Assembly (NCBI GenBank): GCA_012295275.1
Contig: CM022672.1
Location: 28,458,001-28,522,000 of the forward strand
From: Chrysomallon squamiferum
Taxonomy: Eukaryota > Animalia > Mollusca
Length of the DNA: 64,000 bases
Direction: 5' to 3'
The notes under the pieces are model-generated. The model did no database searches, had not been told where the DNA came from, and worked only from the letters and a program-made list of their open reading frames with translations. The position numbers were made by a program, and so were the translations under genes. Shown piece by piece: positions 13,292 to 26,384 of the stretch (its first letter is position 1; each line of letters starts with the position of its first letter).

Positions 13292-16129
13292 ATGTCCAGA
13301 CTTTTCTATGCAATCTTTATATATCACTATGTCAGTGTCGTTGCAAAGACACCAACATTGTCAAAAGACAGACAGCCGGGCAGCTCTGGTTCTGATGTTG
13401 TGCAAGCGGTTCTGAGAGATCTTGAAAACGCATGTATCTTCTATGATGATAAACTGTTTCTCAGAAGACTGGCCTATGTTGAGTCTAAAGATGGAAATGC
13501 TGACAAAACCTACAGAGCAAACTACCACGGTGGAATCTGGCAGGTATTTATTTGTTTATTTTATTTACAACTGGTTATTGGTATTTAGTTTAATTGCAAA
13601 TACTACGAGAGTGTGAATATATCTTTTCGGAATAGTTACTGTTGTTACTGAACAGTTTAATATATCACCCATTCTATATTTATGCAAAATGTGAAGGAAA
13701 AATCCATATAGTGGAAGTAAGTTCTTTTGTTTATTTGTTTTTTTCTTTATTTTTTATATACTTATATTCACGAACACTGTTCATAACTGATATTATTATT
13801 ATTATTTATATATATTTATTTTCTGAAACGATTACCATATAAATGGTTACTTATTAATTAGGGAAGAAATCGATTTAATTCATGAGAAACATTCATAAGG
13901 CCAACTGATTCAAAGGCAATCTATCTATATTTAAAATGAATACTTTAATAAATCAAATAAACTAAATAATTTCAGGTTGATGAATCACGTTTTCACATGA
14001 CACGTATGTCTGGTCCTCCACTTGATGGACTTAGACAGAACATCCAGCACAAGCTAGCCATCGACTGGTCAAAGGTCCAGTGGTCTGACCTACATAAACC
14101 ACTATATTCCGGTTTAGCAGCAGTTATGTATTTTGAACTGATGACAAATGGGAACTCTGATTTGGTTCCAGAAGGACTTGACCAACAAGGTCAGTACTGG
14201 AAGGCTACATACAGACAAACCAACAAGAGTCAAGAATTTGTAAATTCTGCAAAAGAAATGGAAAAAGGTAATGAATGGCATCTGAACTGAAAAATTATAA
14301 ACTTCTAATTATGTTACAGATTAATCAAGGATAAGAGTTAGAAGATTTTATTTAATTAATTTAACTTTTAATTTTAATTTTGTTTTCTTGTTGACAATGA
14401 CAATATGTCAGACATTTTTATTTCAGTTGTAAGTGTCATTCCAGTTACATACATATGAAAAAAATCATTGTAATATATTAAGGAATAAAGATATGAACTT
14501 TGAGAATGATCTTTATAGAAAACTTACATAAAAGTACGACTGTATTTTTTGGCAAAATAAAATAAAGTTTCCTCAGGGTTTATTGAAAGTTAAACAGGTT
14601 TTTTTTTCACATTTTAATTTGATATGTCCTGCAGATTTGGAGTTTAAGATGTTTAAGCTGTTTGGTTATTTCTACTTCAGGGTGCAGAACAGAAGATAAA
14701 ATCGATCTGTTATTTATATTAGAAACTTCTTCAAGATTAACCACAATGGATTTTGATAAAGTAAAGAACTTTACAAAAAATGTTGTGAATACATTAAATA
14801 TTGGACCTGACCATGTCAGAGTAGCTGTTGAACGATACAGTTCGAATACGAAAGTGGAATTTGGATTTGATATTCACCCCGACAATGTCAGTTTGTTGGA
14901 GGCCATCGACAATATAACGTATGTGCCTGGCAGCATGGACACAGCGAAAGCACTGAAGCTGGCCAAAGGTATAAAATATAAATAGTAAAATCCACTGATA
15001 TTTGTAATTCTTAAAAATTCATAAAACATTTAAAACATATTTCTTACTATTTCAATGTCAAAATTTCGTTCATAAATTAATGTGGAAGTAGAAAACTGTT
15101 TAGTGTAGTTTTATGAAGATGGAAAAAATAGACTATAAAAAAAGGAATATTTACAATTACTTCAATGGCTTTGGTTAAGAAAAAAAAAAATAATAATAAT
15201 TATCTCTTTTTATTATTATCTTTAGCGTTATGTAAAAATAATCTTTTGTAATTAAAAAAAATTTAAAAAAAAAAAAATTTTAACTTCTGTTACGTTCTTA
15301 TAATTTATTATTCAAACAAGAATATATGTATTCAGAAATAACAAATCTCTACCGGATGATTTTTATAAGAATTATTATTTTACTTATAATTTATTACAAG
15401 AAAGCTTTCAACTCAACTCAGAACTGCCTTGCACCAAAAACAGCTTCTGAAAGACATCTATCCCCACACCTAAACAAAGAAAGCAACAAAATCCTAATCA
15501 AGAGAGGAATATAACAGCTATTTACAGCAAAACTCGAGCACATTTCGAAACCTTACCTGGGAACCAGAGGATTGAGAATGGCTGAAAAAATGTATTAGTC
15601 GACTTTGTCTAGCCAGTCATATACTCATTTATGCAAATACACCATATCAGCTATACCAAATGCTTCTGGGGTTAACTGATGCAAGTCAGAAACAATGGCT
15701 GAATATTACCAAATTGGAAATGTTTTCATGCAGCTAGAAAAGACATACAGTATATGTCAACAATATGACAGAGAACAAAATTAGCAGCGGTACAAATAAA
15801 GATGGAAATACATATGTTAAATATCACTTGTCAAGTCCGAAATCAAACATCAAGAGTAAGACAAAGTTCATGGATGTCACTGAACAGATTAGAATATAGA
15901 TGTGGATCCCTGGCAGACACCACAGTAGAATTCAAGATAACCAAGATTATCATATAAAACAACTTGGAAACCACAGCAAGGGAAATGATCTTGAGGAAGA
16001 CAAGCATGTTGGAGAAGTGATAATTGATGATTAAACCACTTGGTAGATGATGAGCAAGATGTGGAAACAACATGCTGAAAAATGATTATGATAATGACAA
16101 TAATGATCACAACTGAAATGATGATGATT

Positions 16130-16167
<38 letters not shown>

Positions 16168-19100
16168 GTTATTGTTGTTGTTGTTGTTGTTATTACTACT
16201 GTTGTTGTAAAACGTTTTTTATTTATTTATTTTTTGTTTTTTGTTTCCTACAGATCATTTGTTTCTTCAAAATAACAAATCAAGAGCAGAAGCTTCAAAG
16301 GTTATTGTCCTTATTTCTAGTGGTCAGACAGACAGCGTGTTAGACACAATGTCTGTTGTTGTAGAACTACACAAACTGAGTGTTACCATTTACACAGTGT
16401 CTGTTGGTCAGAATGTTAATGAAAAAGTGTTTCAGCTGATTGCTAGTTTACCGCCATGTTCACACACGTTTAAAGTAATGGACTACGATCATTTAAGCAA
16501 GTTTAAACTACCTCTGGTGCACCCTCAGTGTACAGGTACAGCGCTGTTTTTAAAACATCTATTAATATCACTGATCAAAACCTAAACGTTATATATTTTT
16601 ATTAATAGCACATGATCATTATTAAATACTGTAATAGTAGGAAAATAAATAACTGATAAAGAGCACGATAGATCACAGGCGTTTATTTTATTGTTTGCTG
16701 TCGTGATCGCATTTAAATTTGTATAAATAACCTTCAATGAGTAAAGTAAAAATATACATTTTCCCTTACACAATCATTTTTAAATAAACAAACAAACAAC
16801 TACAAGGCCACGTGCAACTGTTTGCATAATCAAGCTTCAAATTACATGATAAAGAACTATTATTAGATATAACTTTTCCTTTAACATATTTATTTTTCAG
16901 TTCCTATCATACTGCAGCCAGGGGAATACAGCTATCAGTGTGGGTTTAACGTAATTCTACAAGCTTCTGGTGGTTCAGTTGGTTCCACCATGACTGTTCG
17001 TAAACTTATATTTTATTTATTTTAGCTACCTTTAATTATTTAGCATAATACATTTCAAAATATTTCTGTTTAGATGTCATGTCTGTTAAAAAATATTATT
17101 ATGTAAGTGAGTGCATAATCTCTTAAAAAGATGACGAAACAAATAAAATGTGGAAAAGTTCATTTCAGTTATTTCATCTCATGCAACATTTTATACAATA
17201 ATACATTTAAAAATATAAGTATTTCTGACATTTTCAGATCAGCCTGGATAAAGGAAAAGCTGCAGCCTACGTTTCCTACAGTAGTTCTTTTCCAGATACT
17301 CTTAATCAGAGACAAAATCTGTCTTCTTCAATTCCTACAAGAATACCAGTTCCTGCTAATAAGACTGGTTCAGTATTCATTCGTACAGAAACATCTCACA
17401 ACTTTGCTTGCAGCGGCAATTACAAAGTTGTCGTTGAAACATCAGTAGCAAACAATTCAGGTATGTTCTATTTAGATGTAAATAAAGAGGCGGTGGGCGC
17501 TGTCCGTTATTGTTTGCGTGTTTTTATTGGCCACAAGTTTTTTCATAGAATCACATGTATATGAAATCTTCAGATTGCCACGGAAACCACAGAGATGATA
17601 ACTCCTTATTTTATTGGTATAAACAAGGAAAGAAATTGCCTGTGTGGGGTATTTAAATGTCCATGCCAGAAAAATCTTGCCTCTAGAAACCGCATGTTGA
17701 AAATAAATGTTTTAAAAATACAGCATGTGCAATTCTGCTATGTATGAATATATTATCAAATGATGAGGCTTTGAACATGTCATTTCTACCGAAATCATAT
17801 TTTGGTTCATGACACCAAAGGGCCAAACCAATGATTTTGGCTGTCGTGTGTGCCTTTAAGGTTCTTCTGCTTTGGGAACTTGACAGGAAGAAAAATGTGG
17901 GAACATTTGTTAAGTTTTGTATCATCAAATTGACGCTGTTCAATTGTCCAAGTACAGACTTATTTTGTTACATGATTCAACACAATTTAAATGCAGCTAC
18001 AAGACAGTTGCAGACAACTAAGAAATAACTTGTGGACTGCAGATCAGAAGACAGATTTCAAAAAGTGTTTGCTACTGAAATTGCAAATGAACTAGAGACA
18101 GTACCAGAGCTTGAAACAGATCAAATTACAACCCAGGAGGGCATCACTAGACCTCTGCATTCCACTGATACCACCAAAAGAAGTACTTCTTTTCACATAC
18201 CAACACATTTTTTTTGGATAGTTTTGCTAATGTTGCTATTGCATTAAGGAGCCTTCTCACACTTTCAGTATCAGTGACATGTGGTGAGCTTAGTTTCTCA
18301 AAGCTCAAACTTTTAAAATCTTACATTCATTGCAAGAGAGCCTAGTTAGCTTGGTAGCTGTATCAACTGAACATACTCGGGCTCCATCACTTGATTTAGC
18401 TGAACTGGTTAGCTGAAAAGGCATGCAAAGTGAGATTTTAAAATGTCTTTCTTCTGAATTTATTCCTCAACCAAATTTGGTTTCATGTGTATTAATATTG
18501 TTAAACTGTCATTTATGCTGTTAGTTCATCGCTAATGTCTATTTTTATGTTTGTTTATTTTTGTTTTCATTTTGTAAATAAAATAGTATCGATTATTTGG
18601 GTTTTTTGGATGTGTCAGGACATTTGAGAACAGAGGGGTAATTTAAAAACAAAATACTCTTGATTTGTGTTCAAATGTTGAAAAAATATTTTTCAAAATT
18701 TATTGTTTATAAATTTTGAAACTGATATTTTCCTGAGGTGCCAGAATCTAAATTTGCCCTGGTGGCAAGTGCAGCTGTTTTATGAGTTAGATCAACTGAA
18801 GCCAAAAAATAGTTATTTCCAATACTGAATTAATGTTACACAAATTATATTTAATTAGATATATGATAAAAGCCTTCTCTATGCAGCAACAAAATGTTGC
18901 CCAATTTCAGTTTGTTTCATCATTACTTTTACATATTTTCAACCATAATTAATTTGGTGTACCAAGATGTAAGGTGTTCTCAGCAAATCATGCATCGATA
19001 GCAACTGCTGTTTCTGCTAACGTCTGAAAAGTTCTTTTTTTTTCTTTTTTTTTGTGTGTGTGTGTATGTGTAATTTAGTAATTATATGGCATAATATTCC

Positions 19101-21350
19101 AGTTTTAGATAATATTTTCTTTTTGATAAAAGTTTTGATTATGAAGCTTCTTAGATTTTTATGAATTGTTTTTAGTATTAGATATAATGAAGGCTTCCCT
19201 GAAAATAATGCTAATTAATGTCATTAACTGGTACAGGAAATAAATAAAATAAATTAATATTAGGAAAATGCTTGAAAATGTGAAGGCTAATCAGTCTTCT
19301 AAAATAATCTTTTTGTATATCGGTTTAATTTCTAGGGGATTTTAGATCATTACACAATTAAGGTACATTTGAGCTAATTTTTGCAATTAATTATTTCATT
19401 GTAATTCATGTGTGTTCAAAACATGGTTAAAAATACTGTATATAAAAATCTTTTCTCAGTTGAAAATTATAAAGACAGAAGGACCAACATGTAAGCAAGT
19501 TACTCCAAATTAAACTAAACTGGAAATGTATTTAAGTTGAAACACAATGGAGAAGCTGCTATGAGAAAAAACCCAGAAGATGTTGCAATCTTTGAACTAA
19601 ATTTTCCAGTTATGTTTCTTTGTTGATGTTGCATTGTTAAGTTGCTAATTTGTATTTATATTCTTCTTTTATTTTGCACTTTTTCTTTCTTTTTCAGTAT
19701 GTCCTAAAGAAAAAATGGATATTGTTATTCTTTTGGATGCAGGTGTTTCTAAGACACAAAAAGAGTTTAAGAAAATGATGGATTTCGCAAGTACATTTGT
19801 CAGTCAGTTTGATATTGGTCCAAAAAGCACACATTTTAGTGTTGTAAATTTTGCTGAAAATGCAACTAACCAATTCTGGCTGACAGATTATGTAACAAAA
19901 GGTCAAATTCTCAATGCTTTTCACCACATCCAACCTTATGGACAAAATGTCAATCTTGCAGCAGCTTTAGCTTTTGCTAGGGAACACAGCTTTACTCCAA
20001 GGCATGGAATGCGTGATGATGCAGAAAAAGTTATTCTTCTAATAACTGACAACATATTAAGTCCATCAGCAGCAATTCACAAAGAGGCACAACTGCTACA
20101 TAACGATGGAGTCAGAATTGTTGTAACTACCATCGGCACAAGGTTAGACCGGAAAATACTGGATATGTTGACTTCATGGCACCATCATGTTGAACATGTC
20201 AGTAAATTTGATGACCTTGACAAAGTGGTTGAAAATGTGACAGAAGCAGCATGTGCCAGTAAGTTGATATGTCTACATCTGTGCTTTTAAATTTCTTAGT
20301 TTTACATTCAATGCAGTTATGACTAAATGCACTAAAAATTATTTTGTTTTTATAAAATGTTGAACAGAATCGGTCCAATGTTTATAAAATTTTTCTTTCT
20401 TCAACTTCAACATCATCTATAATATTACTACTATTTCAGAGGTAGAACTTGTGTGTGAAGAACTTGGCTTCCAGAGAAACTGTAGTATTGAAGATCTTGT
20501 GAGATTGATTCATTTAAAATTTGGTTCTGCTCTTGTTCCAGGTTTGCTATTTTATACAACTTTAAAGTACCTGCAAAAGATGATATAAAGATACATATAT
20601 AATATTCTCTGAGTTGAATTTAAAGTATTTTGCTTACCTACATAAAAAGATAATAATAATTCTGTCTTCTCTGTAATCTTATAGAAAGGCTCTAAAATAA
20701 ACTATATCTTTCTGGCTGCAGGTCATGGTTACCTTGCATCAAACCCATGCAATATCAGCTCCATATTCCCAGGAGTTCCACAGATAACGCGATTTCCACA
20801 CCCAACAGACACAGACAAGTTCATCTTATGTGAACACCAACAACCCCTGATTGTACTGTGTCCACCAAACGAGATATACAATACTGCCAAACAAACATGT
20901 GTGATAACACAGTCTTTGACAACAGCACCAGGACATGTCACAGGTTCTCCAGTATTCTACACAGGTTCCACTGCCCATCATTCATCCATTGGGGAAAAAT
21001 TCTGTTCTGTATCAAACTTAAACAAAAACTCTCTGATCCACCCATATCCTGGTGACCATCACAAATACATTCGTTGTACAGGTATACCTGGCTGGATTCA
21101 AGTGTTGTCATGTGGCTTTAATAAAATTTTCTTAGAACATTTTGGGAGATGTGGAAATGAATATGTGCTTCTGGAGAATGGACAGTTTGACAAAACACAA
21201 GCAAACCCATGTACTAAAGCAGGACAAATATTCCCACATTTGTCAGATCCATCAAAATTTATTGAATGTGACACAGATGGCAACGCTCACGTGAAGAAAT
21301 GTCAACCACCAAAGATTTACAACAATTTCTTACATGCTTGTGACTATTAG
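13292..21350 (+). CDS. Secreted multidomain protein, about 907 aa: signal peptide, lysozyme-like domain, VWA, unknown beta-rich domain, VWA, three chitin-binding (CBM14/peritrophin-A-like) repeats
   Basis: Exons 13292-13543, 13976-14267, 14681-14968, 16254-16535, 16901-16995, 17238-17460, 19698-20258, 20440-20541 and 20722-21350 form one open frame of 2724 nt. The exon 5 donor GTTCGT was chosen to satisfy phase. VWA motifs: IDLLFILETSS, IGPDHVRVAVERYS, MDIVILLDAG, FDIGPKSTHFSVVNFA. Repeats: FPHPTDTDKFILC, HPYPGDHHKYIRC, FPHLSDPSKFIEC. Confidence 0.88.
15330..16130 (+). mobile_element. Decayed RTE-clade LINE fragment in intron 3
   Basis: Remnants ILIKRGI*Q..LFTAKLE (RTE IKRGVRQGD..LFTA) and TTWKPQQGK*S*GRQ (RTE C-terminal W.P..GKR.RGR), followed by an (ATG/ATT)n-like tail. 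Confidence 0.55.
17490..18766 (+). mobile_element. Decayed hAT DNA transposon in intron 6
   Basis: About 18250-18330 reads FLTLSVSVTCGELSFSKLKLLKSYI, the hAT dimerisation motif (LPVSVASGERSFSKLKLIK). A hAT-like terminus ...aatctaaatttgccctg lies near 18765. Boundaries are approximate. Confidence 0.65.
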
Positions 21351-21395
21351 CCGTTTGATGACAGAAACTGAAACAAAGAGTGTTGCTATCTCCTA

Positions 21396-21526
21396 TGACT
21401 GATTACTTAATAAAGAAATTTTTATTGCATCAATATAGATTTGTTTATTTATGTTAACTAAACAAAAACACACTTCCATCTCTGACAGCATGACAATATA
21501 ATTCTGACAGATTACTTAATAAAGAA
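21396..21526 (+). terminator. Two AATAAA poly(A) signals (21409 and 21518), each within one copy of a 22-bp direct repeat
   Basis: tgactgattacttaataaagaa and tgacagattacttaataaagaa, both downstream of the TAG at 21350. Confidence 0.55.
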
Positions 21527-21931
21527 TAATGTTTCGTCCATAAATGTGAGCCAGTCTTTCCAAATCATTATTTAATTGTTTCCTAAAGCACCTGTAATTG
21601 ACTCTTATGCATTTAAAAAAAACCAATAATGTGTAAATGATTTTTTTTAAGCCAAAATAAGATCCATGTAATTCTTAACTGAAAAACTGTAAGTAAAATA
21701 AAGTTCACAATATTACCATAACACGATAATGGAAAGATCTGCTTCAATGGTTATGTAATTCAAAATAATATTATAGTGGGTTAAACTGCAAATACTGTAA
21801 TGTCTGTCTGTCTGTCAGGGATTGCTTATATAACATAAACTCTTCATTTATTGAAAAACTTTTAACCAAGAATATTGTGGAAGTTTATAAAATATATATG
21901 AATGTCTCACCCCAGGTACAGATTTTTATAT

Positions 21932-21934
<3 letters not shown>

Positions 21935-21976
<42 letters not shown>

Positions 21977-21978
21977 TG
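21935..21978. repeat. (GT)n microsatellite between the convergent genes
   Basis: Direct reading. Confidence 0.9.
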
Positions 21979-22247
21979 TGAGAGAGTTTGTGTGTGTATA
22001 TATATATAAATAAAAGATACAGTTAATATTATACTTGTATTTTATAACAAAAATTCCATATATAACAAAGATATTAAGATATGAAATCTTAACCACATAG
22101 ATGCATTCACATTAGTTATTAAGAAAATTCTTCATTTTTGTGATTATAATTATCAAAAAATCTCTTTAAAAAATAATAATAAAATAAATCACCAGACAAT
22201 TTAGCTGATGTACTGAAACAGAACAAATAATTCTGAAATCATGATAA

Positions 22248-25200
22248 TCAAAATAACAAGTGAGTCTTCTTTTTGGAAATAGGATCCCTCTTCTTCTTTT
22301 TCTTTATTTTCTTCATCTTTTGCTTTTTGTGACAACCTTTTTTATATAGTCTCCTGAATGTTTTCTTGAACATCTTGGCAAGTTGCTTCTTTCTGGGATC
22401 CAGGCTTTTATCTCGCGGTCTGTGGAATTCAATTACTAATGCATTCTGGTCCAGAAGAAAGACATGTCTGGAATAACAATAATATAATTGTAATGTAGAA
22501 AATTATATTTTCCCCCAAGATTTAATTAGAATCAAACAAATAAAAACAACATAACAAATATGCATTCCTAAGTATTCCATGTATCCACTAATAAATAAAT
22601 ATAACAATCATGTAGAAGTATAGAGAAAAATAATTTGTGTGTTCATTTTTTTCTAAACTCACATGCACACTTTAATACTTACAATTCATTTCCCTCAATA
22701 TCAGTAAATTTCTTTGGATCCTTTGCTAACATTGTGTAGAGTCTGTTCACTTTCAATACTGGACATCTGCATGATGACCTCTTCAGCAGAATTAATTTGT
22801 TTTTCACCTTCAACCTTTGCTGACCACCTACAATACAATATATATTAAATATCTATTTTGGTTTAATCATTTGAGAAGAAAAAGAACTCATTAAATATTA
22901 TAATGAAAAATAAACTGGTTAATCTACATTAATACCAGTAAGCAAGAATGCTGATATTTCAGCGGTGAGAGGAAATGGAATATGTAAATTTTATTCTTAA
23001 ATTAATTTAATTTACTTACGTTGGTAATGCATTTGTTGGACTGTGCACAGATACCTGACAAATCCAGAATGTTGTGTGTCTGCATCAATAACTTTCACCA
23101 CCACTGCTACAATTACACAACATCAAGCTAATGAAGCTTAGCTAAAATTATACTGAACTGTGGATAACTACTAAACAGATCAACTTATACTTAGTCAAGA
23201 ATTGTGATAAAATTACACTTCATGTAACATTAACATTTTACTTCACTTAGTAAAAACAAGAAACATATCTTTAATTATACAGCAGTGTGGTTAACTCTAG
23301 ACTATATACCCTCAAATTATATTTCAATGAGAATAATGATAAAATTTTGTTTCAGAGTACATTTAGCATTTTAAATTCTTAGAAAAACTAAAACATATTT
23401 CTTCCAATTTAAAACATTTGATTATTCTTATTCAAATAAAATTATAATGAAAGTAAGTACCGTGTGTTGCATTCATGCAAGCATAGTTCCAGTAAAAAGC
23501 CCAGTTTTGTCCATACCATTTATTTTCACATTTACCACATCGACCTGATGTAAGAAAAAAACCAAAAACCCATATCAACTAGTGGTAATATATGAAATAT
23601 TAATAAACATGAAATAAAAATGTGTGTGTGTGTGATTAATTAAAGTAATACTACTAAGCAAATATTTTATTTAAAAAATTATTTATATTAAAAATTTACA
23701 ACAATAAAGTCATTTAATCATTTATCTAATATGTATCTCCTTCCATTTATCATAAAGATAATAATAAATGAAAATCAGTTTAAGAGACTGTTTTCAGATG
23801 ACATTAAAAAACTGATAAAATACTGTTTCAGTAATATATATACATGAAAAACAATTATTTTAATCATGTTTTATTTCTACCTTCAAGACACTGACATATT
23901 CGCTTTTGGCTGTCACAAAAGTTTGCTAGATTTCCACTAGAGTTGTATGGTTTGTAGAACTTAGAACAACGTTTATCTAGATTTACCAAAAAATAAAGAG
24001 GTGTGTGAGACCAGTACATAAAAACAGGTCTGTATTAAAATATGGTGAAATTCTGGTCAATGGAAAGTTGGCCCTAATAGATAATTAGGCTGTAAGAAAT
24101 GTATTTACAATTATCTGTGAAAAATGAAGTTTACTAAATCATTATCCAAATAAATTATGAAACAGTCAAAGATAAACTAGCATCATTTTTTAAAATTTAT
24201 GTAATTTAAAGTAAATACAAATGATGAAATTCTAAGGCATGCTCACAATTACAAATTTAAAATTTGTAATGAAATTAACTTTGTTTACAAGTTATGAAAT
24301 AGTGTCCTAAAGATTTTAAATCATGGATGTGTGAGGTCTTACCTGGATTGTAGTAGTCATAAACCTGAACTTTGGCTGGTTGGATGTTTTCTGCAATATG
24401 TCTTTGTTTGGCTCTAAATCTGACACATTCAGTATGCTTATGAGAAATCTGAAATAATAATTTTATTATTAATTCATATTCATGCAATTTACATTCTGTA
24501 GTAACTAACTAACTAAATAAATAAATTTAAATTTAAAAATGAATAATATATACACTATCTTTACAATTTCAGTATGATATTAAATTAATATATAATACTT
24601 TATACTAATTAACAGTAAACCACACATACCTATAAGTAAATCCAAACACACACACACATACACATACAAACACAGTGAAATATATACATTCAGTGTAACA
24701 AAAATTACATTTTCAAAACAATTATCTAGTTTCTATAATAATTCTTTATATCATATTATTAAGTGTAATAAACTTGCCTCTTCTAAGTAGAATATGACAG
24801 ACTTTTGAGAATGCTCATAGTGTTGTATTTTACCCTTTTCTTTTAGCTAAAAATAATCAACATATATTTTATTATTAAGAAAAAAAGGATAACAAAACGA
24901 ACAACAAATACATCTTGCTAAAAGAATACAAGTACTAACTGTAATGTTATACTACTAATAAGCAATACTGAAAAATAAAAATAATTAAAATTAAAATTAA
25001 ATAACAAAATAAATTTAAAATTCCCCTAAAATATAAAATATGAAAAACAATTTATTATGTCAATATCATTTTGAGCATATCCATGATGATTATGATGAAA
25101 ACAAAAGATAAGTTATCATAAAAAAAAAATGTTTTTCAAAACCTTTTTCAAGTCATTTTTAATGGGCTGATATCCTGTGAACAATCCAACATCCAGCACT

Positions 25201-26341
25201 GACATTCCTGTTTCTCTCTCCCCACTGTACCTGAAATTATTTTTTATTCATAATAAATTACAACATACTTTTTCCTATATATAAAATATTCTCATTTTAA
25301 ATTTATTTTAACTTACTTTCATGTCACATATGCTAACAGTAGTTACTATTTTTACTTACATACTGAAAATATTAAAAATACACTTAATTTTACTTACATA
25401 TAATAGATAGTCTGGTAATTGTAAATAAATCTAAGTAGCTCAGTTGTTAAGAGTTTTTCCTGACACACTGCTGATCATAAATCAGACATTTAACAAATTA
25501 CTTTTCAGCTACTTACTAGAAATATTGTTTATAAAAAAATATTTTCTGTCAAAATAATGATGGTAATTGGTGACCACTGTATCCATTAGTACAGAAAAAA
25601 GCTAAAAAACTTGAATACTGTATATAATCCATTAATACCGTAATTTTAATTAAATATTGTACAATGATATGTAGTGTTTATTATCACAGGATGTATTGGT
25701 GGACTGTCACTTGGAATCATTATGTCAATGTCCATCCTGTGATAAAATTACTATGTGGTATGCTATACTATTTCAGAACATCTGCCACAACATATCATGA
25801 CAGTATACAGAAAGATTAGTGTTCCATTATTAGATCCATGATTACATTATTGAGTAAGTTTAATATTTATCTTGGATTTCCCATTATTGGTAGGTGTTAG
25901 CACTCACCTAACACACACAGATTATATGCTCCTGATAGTGTAAAGAATTAAAATGTATATTTACTGCACACAGACTTCTATACAGAGGACTCGTGCACTG
26001 ACTCTAACAGATCTTTCTCTCCGCTCATTCAAAGATCCAACTTTAGAGAATGCTGCACCAACTCTGGAAGTTGCAGGAGTTTTGTTTGTATTGTCGAAAT
26101 GTGTGTCATCATCCAGGATCTTGCCAATTCTAGGCACAACAGAAGGAAACACGAATGACCCTAAATCTTCATCATTTTCTCCATCATCATCACTGCAGTC
26201 AAGAGAACATGGCTGACACTGTTTTCTGTAACAGAAAATCAGTGAAAAAAATTAATGAACTATATCAGTGCTATAACAAGATATCATTAGAAAATGATAT
26301 ATTTTTCAAAACTGATGTAGATATTTGATAAATACTAGAGA

Positions 26342-26384
<43 letters not shown>

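Noticed and set aside
17131-17448. 105-aa plus-strand ORF from the track
   Set aside because: It is in the wrong frame. The exon that fits the gene model (17238-17460) is read in another frame fixed by the flanking splice phases.
14681-20258. Factor B/C2 call for the VWA gene next to C3
   Set aside because: It has no CCP (sushi) repeats and no serine protease domain, and the MIDAS motifs are degenerate.
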